Below are positions 16,831 through 20,000 of a DNA stretch of 20,000 bases, piece by piece. The position numbers and the translations under genes are program-made. Every line of letters starts with the position of its first letter. Position 1 is the stretch's first letter. The notes under the pieces were generated by a model. It was not told where the DNA came from and ran no database searches. It saw only the letters and a program-made list of their open reading frames with translations. This DNA is from an uncultured virus (IMG/VR IMGVR_UViG_3300025881_000012) (taxonomy: Duplodnaviria > Heunggongvirae > Uroviricota > Caudoviricetes), in the IMG/VR virus record IMGVR_UViG_3300025881_000012, one strand, 5' to 3'.

Positions 16831-17383
16831 TTAATTTCTCCACCCACCATCCAGGCGGTGCACGATTAGTCCATTTAGCAAACGATTGTTTATCTTCAAA
16901 ATAGAAATTGCGATAAGATGTTTGCGAATCACCTTCTACTATACAATGAGGATATGATTTCATAGCAGGGGTTGGCTGTGTAAACTCACCCTGCTCTATG
17001 TTGATAGGCGGCACCAAGAGGTGCAATTCTAACTTAGTGATTGAGGCATGTTCACGACCGTACCGATGCCTATACTCTTTCCCTAGTTCAATCCACATGT
17101 CATACAACCACTCATAATTGGATGCATTTTCTCTGACCCATATGTTAGACGGATGATTGATGTGAGAAGCCAGATATAACTCTTGTTGCATTTCTTCATC
17201 AGGATGAAAGTATCGGGCGATGCGTCTGCCAATAGTTGTTCTACCGTACCACAACTTACCATCAACTACTCGGTGAGCGGTAGACAACAATTGGGCATAC
17301 TCGACACACATTTTAGATGCGTGAGAGTCGCAGTGCATCTGTGCACATTCTTTTGGATCATGATGTAAATAGAACACGTTCAT
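16823..17383 (-). CDS. Pyrimidine-dimer DNA glycosylase / DenV-family protein
   Basis: MNVFYL..DP..CAQMHCD.H..KM.VEYAQLLSTAH...HINHPS..WVR...NYEWLY...EY..RYG..H...AM...YR..Y..K..FAKW. Confidence 0.75.
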   Translation of the reverse strand: MNVFYLHHDPKECAQMHCDSHASKMCVEYAQLLSTAHRVVDGKLWYGRTTIGRRIARYFHPDEEMQQELYLASHINHPSNIWVRENASNYEWLYDMWIELGKEYRHRYGREHASITKLELHLLVPPINIEQGEFTQPTPAMKSYPHCIVEGDSQTSYRNFYFEDKQSFAKWTNRAPPGWWVEKLNA

Positions 17384-17529
17384 TCTATAGTCTTCTTCCT
17401 TGCAATGTTAAACTCGGCAACTTCTTTTAACACACCACGTTCGGTATGTGTTAGACTATTATACACCTTTTTTGCCTTCTTTTCAACCTTTCCGTACTTG
17501 CGGAGCAACTTGGCTTTCTTACCGTTCAT
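17380..17529 (-). CDS. Small basic 49-aa protein, not in the ORF track
   Basis: Hand translation MNGKKAKLLRKYGKVEKKAKKVYNSLTHTERGVLKEVAEFNIARKKTIE*. It has a GGAGG SD, overlaps the thyX stop, and has an ATGA overlap with the denV-like start. Confidence 0.75.
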   Translation of the reverse strand: MNGKKAKLLRKYGKVEKKAKKVYNSLTHTERGVLKEVAEFNIARKKTIE

Positions 17530-18205
17530 TCTGCAATTCCTCCATTGCACTGATGACGCTAGGAAAATGCTGACTCAGAATAGATTGTGCCATCTGAGCA
17601 ATCTCCATGTGTTCAGCCTGAGTACCATTGCTACCGCGCAGATCACAATAATGAATCCAAGAACGAAGCGTACCAGACATGTAAAGCGTGGTCTCGGTGA
17701 GTCCTTCGGGTAACAAAGCCCGGGCTTGCTCCTTGGCTATGCCTTGGTTCAAAGCCATCTCATAGTAGTCCTTCGCGACACGGGCAACTTCGGCTTGCAT
17801 CTCGTTAAACACCTCTTGTGCCTTGTCTTGGCGAGTAGGATCTTCATCCTTCATACTCAACTGACGATTTTTTGGGTGTTGTTTCCGAGCCTCTCGCTTT
17901 GTGGTAAAAGACTCAGCCTCAGCATAGCGTTGAGAAAACTCCTGAAACGAGAACGACCGATGCCGAAGAATCTGCCGACTGATATCACGAGTCGTGGTAA
18001 TCTCCATCGTTACCGACACCATCTCAAAAGGTGACCAGTGATTCTCTTTGATCAGATACTTGAGCAACTTACCAGAAGTCTTGGTGTTGTTCTGGTTAGC
18101 AGGATTACTTACTCGTGCGGCATACGCAATGAGATCTTCTGCGGTGTGACAGCCTGTTTGGGCTGAAGGGCTGGTCATACCAACCAAACTTACTTTACTG
18201 GTCAT
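17519..18205 (-). CDS. thyX: FAD-dependent thymidylate synthase
   Basis: AYAARVS...HWSPFE...RQILRHRSFSFQEFSQRY...AKEQARALLP...GTLRSWIHY..LR...TQAEH. The start is probably ATG 18205 (MTSKV). Confidence 0.96.
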   Translation of the reverse strand: MTSKVSLVGMTSPSAQTGCHTAEDLIAYAARVSNPANQNNTKTSGKLLKYLIKENHWSPFEMVSVTMEITTTRDISRQILRHRSFSFQEFSQRYAEAESFTTKREARKQHPKNRQLSMKDEDPTRQDKAQEVFNEMQAEVARVAKDYYEMALNQGIAKEQARALLPEGLTETTLYMSGTLRSWIHYCDLRGSNGTQAEHMEIAQMAQSILSQHFPSVISAMEELQNER

Positions 18206-18383
18206 AAGATCCTTCTCTGTACGTTCCTGGGACACTATAATATGCAATCACTGTATGTAGAGCATTTGTTAATGCAAGGTCTCGATTCTCTTCGGCATAC
18301 TTTAACGAATCGACCAGTTCCTCACGGATGAAATCATCAATCAACTCTTCTTTTATTATGTCACGGATAGATGTAACTATCAC
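18195..18383 (-). CDS. Hypothetical acidic protein (62 aa)
   Basis: GTG start with GGGAG SD and GTGA overlap. Fills the gap between neighbours. Confidence 0.65.
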   Translation of the reverse strand: MIVTSIRDIIKEELIDDFIREELVDSLKYAEENRDLALTNALHTVIAYYSVPGTYREGSYDQ

Positions 18384-18592
18384 AATATTAACTCCCTTTT
18401 CTCTTTTGCAGTCAGATCACGAAACTTGCGTCTGGATACTGACCATTGCTTTATAGGTGACGAAAACATAAAGGCTTCTTTAGTTCCTCGTGGTACAATA
18501 CCAATCAGATAACTGCCTTCAGTAATGTAGGTGTGGTTTGGGGTTGTTGGTGCTTTGTCCCATACCGTTACTTCTTGACGGAACCGAGGCAT
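18380..18592 (-). CDS. Hypothetical protein (70 aa)
   Basis: MPRFRQEVTVWD...PNHTY...SRRKF. TAATG coupling with the upstream gene suggests start 18592. Confidence 0.7.
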   Translation of the reverse strand: MPRFRQEVTVWDKAPTTPNHTYITEGSYLIGIVPRGTKEAFMFSSPIKQWSVSRRKFRDLTAKEKRELIL

Positions 18593-19152
18593 TATGCATA
18601 CCAACTTCGGTAAAAATCTTCACGATCACCCATTAGGAACGCAGACTGAAAGTCACTAATGGTGATACTGCGACCAGTGATTCGCTTCTTGAACTCTTCG
18701 CCAATGAAAGAATCTTTAACAGGAACAACACGATCACTCATGAACCCTTCACTGCCTTCGATACTACAAAGAGCAATCTCACGAAGAGTCACAGTTGCAC
18801 CTTTCTTAGCGACGACTTGATAAGCATCAACGTTGGTCTGTTCCCAACCCCAAGAAGAAACAAAGATGTCACCCTCTTTGACTTTAGACAGAGCCTCGGC
18901 TTTCTCAGCGGCACGTTTTGCTTTGCGCTCTGCTTTGTACGCCTCAACATCAGCAAGGTTCTTGAGATAGTCAGCACAATGATCAAACATGCGTTTCTCA
19001 GAACCGAAACAGAAATTGAACTCGATCTTGTAACCCATACGAGCGCGTTTAGTGAAACGAACACACTTTGCAACAGGCATGTTTGCCGCAGGAGGACTAA
19101 TAGTCAACTGCAAACCACGCTCTGCGAAACCCTCAATCAACATCTCTCTCAT
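18592..19152 (-). CDS. Hypothetical early protein (GDIFVSSWGWEQTNVDAYQVV motif)
   Basis: First ORF after a consensus promoter, with GAAGGTG SD upstream of ATG 19152. Confidence 0.75.
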   Translation of the reverse strand: MREMLIEGFAERGLQLTISPPAANMPVAKCVRFTKRARMGYKIEFNFCFGSEKRMFDHCADYLKNLADVEAYKAERKAKRAAEKAEALSKVKEGDIFVSSWGWEQTNVDAYQVVAKKGATVTLREIALCSIEGSEGFMSDRVVPVKDSFIGEEFKKRITGRSITISDFQSAFLMGDREDFYRSWYA

Positions 19153-19183
19153 AATCAACACCTTCTCATTAATTTATGTAACT

Positions 19184-19212
19184 ATTATACCAGGAACGAC
19201 CACTCTTGTCAA
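19184..19212 (-). promoter_or_regulatory. Perfect sigma70-type early promoter TTGACA-17-TATAAT with extended -10 TG
   Basis: The minus strand reads TTGACA AGAGTGGTCGTTCCTGG TATAAT. Confidence 0.92.
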
Positions 19213-19249
19213 TCAACCTCATGAATAGTCATTATTCACGGGATGAATG

Positions 19250-19435
19250 TTAGCCACCCATGGTTTCTAAAACTCTTGACCGAAGATCAACCAACGCTTC
19301 CCATTCTGCTTCTTCTTGAGTCATACCTTCGTCTTCAACATACTCTTCAGCCAACTCTTTGATGACATCGAAGCCCATTGATTCGAAAATTATGTCATCT
19401 AACTCACAAATCTCAGCGCGAATGTTGTATCTCAT
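19250..19435 (-). CDS. Small highly acidic early protein (61 aa)
   Basis: MRYNIRAEICELDDIIFESMGFDVIKELAEEYVEDEG.... The track start 19462 lies at the -10 box, so ATG 19435 is preferred. Confidence 0.7.
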   Translation of the reverse strand: MRYNIRAEICELDDIIFESMGFDVIKELAEEYVEDEGMTQEEAEWEALVDLRSRVLETMGG

Positions 19436-19462
19436 ATCTAATCTCTCATTGTTTAAAATCAT

Positions 19463-19491
19463 ATTATGGCAGGTTTTGCGGTAAATGTCAA
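19463..19491 (-). promoter_or_regulatory. sigma70-type early promoter TTGACA-17-CATAAT with extended -10 TG
   Basis: The minus strand reads TTGACA TTTACCGCAAAACCTGC CATAAT. Confidence 0.88.
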
Positions 19492-19504
19492 CACTCTTTT
19501 TAGA

Positions 19505-19840
19505 CTAATTAGTTATATCAATATAACCGTTTGATCTAAGGAGATTCTGCGCGGCACCTAGAACCCACGAGTCGCGGTGAGGAAAATGGTACCCAGAACT
19601 ACCATCCCAACCCTCGAAGTACTCGTCAAACCGATCAGAATACGCTCCTGGGTGATTTTTCATGAGATCTACTAGTTCTTTACAAGCCATATCGAACGTG
19701 TGGTCGTCCCATATATTCTCGTCCAGAGCGTAATACAGACAACTGTGAACCATCACTTGAAGTCTTCTTCGCTTGATCAACTCAGCAGTTCGATCAGTAG
19801 GGTTAGGGAACGTATAGATCTCAGCATGTTTTTTTACCAT
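19505..19840 (-). CDS. Stand-alone protein resembling subdomain Ia of NAD-dependent DNA ligase
   Basis: HSCLYYALDENIWDDHTFDMACKELVDL parallels LigA H...YY..D.P.ISD.EYD.L..EL..L. The start is likely ATG 19840. Confidence 0.6.
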   Translation of the reverse strand: MVKKHAEIYTFPNPTDRTAELIKRRRLQVMVHSCLYYALDENIWDDHTFDMACKELVDLMKNHPGAYSDRFDEYFEGWDGSSGYHFPHRDSWVLGAAQNLLRSNGYIDITN

Positions 19841-19841
19841 G

Positions 19842-20000
19842 TTAGTCAGCCACTCGCAAGCAAATTTCAGATTCGACCATCGCACGAACTTTGCGAACGT
19901 CAGGGCTAGAGAACTCTTTGATACCCGTAGAGGCGGTGATGGTGTCAAGGACACCATAGATTGCTTCGTTGATAGGGCGACGACTCTTGATATCGCTGAT
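19842..20000 (-). CDS. C-terminal part of a hypothetical protein (starts beyond the window)
   Basis: Open frame ...ISDIKSRRPINEAIYGVLDTITASTGIKEFSSPDVRKVRAMVESEICLRVAD*, with its stop 1 nt before the next ATG. Confidence 0.65.
   Translation of the reverse strand: MSDIKSRRPINEAIYGVLDTITASTGIKEFSSPDVRKVRAMVESEICLRVAD

Noticed and set aside
19841..19957. N-terminal extension of the 19505-19957 ORF and an internal TTGACA
   Set aside because: The extension overlaps another open frame ending at 19842, and the TTGACA lacks a properly spaced -10.
1..20000. tRNA, intron, intein, homing endonuclease, mobile element or stop-codon reassignment
   Set aside because: Genes are densely packed and of expected size, all three stop codons end genes normally, and no such motifs were seen by eye.

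Overview
This window is a fragment of a T4-like (Tevenvirinae/Kyanoviridae-type) myophage genome; a marine or aquatic host is inferred, not shown. Positions 1-13 kb are late structural genes. On the minus strand they run gp48, gp53, a gp27-like hub, a gp5 locus split into four coupled ORFs, and the start of gp25. On the plus strand they run gp4, a small unannotated ORF, gp2, gp54, gp26, gp51 and a repeat-rich gp29-like tape measure. Positions 13-20 kb are minus-strand replication, metabolism and early genes: gp32, gp33, a truncated UDP-glucose dehydrogenase, a denV-family glycosylase, thyX, a stand-alone NAD-ligase domain-Ia-like protein and small hypotheticals. TATAAATA late promoters and consensus sigma70 early promoters are clear. 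Two observations stand out. First, gp51 has no start codon and lies in the -1 frame behind a T8 slippery run that ends gp26, just upstream of the tape measure, which suggests a lambda G/GT-like programmed frameshift. Second, the gp5 cell-puncturing device is split into four proteins carrying one apparently active amidase and two apparently dead peptidoglycan-hydrolase folds, with no PAAR gene. All family assignments come from motif recall and synteny; no searches were run.
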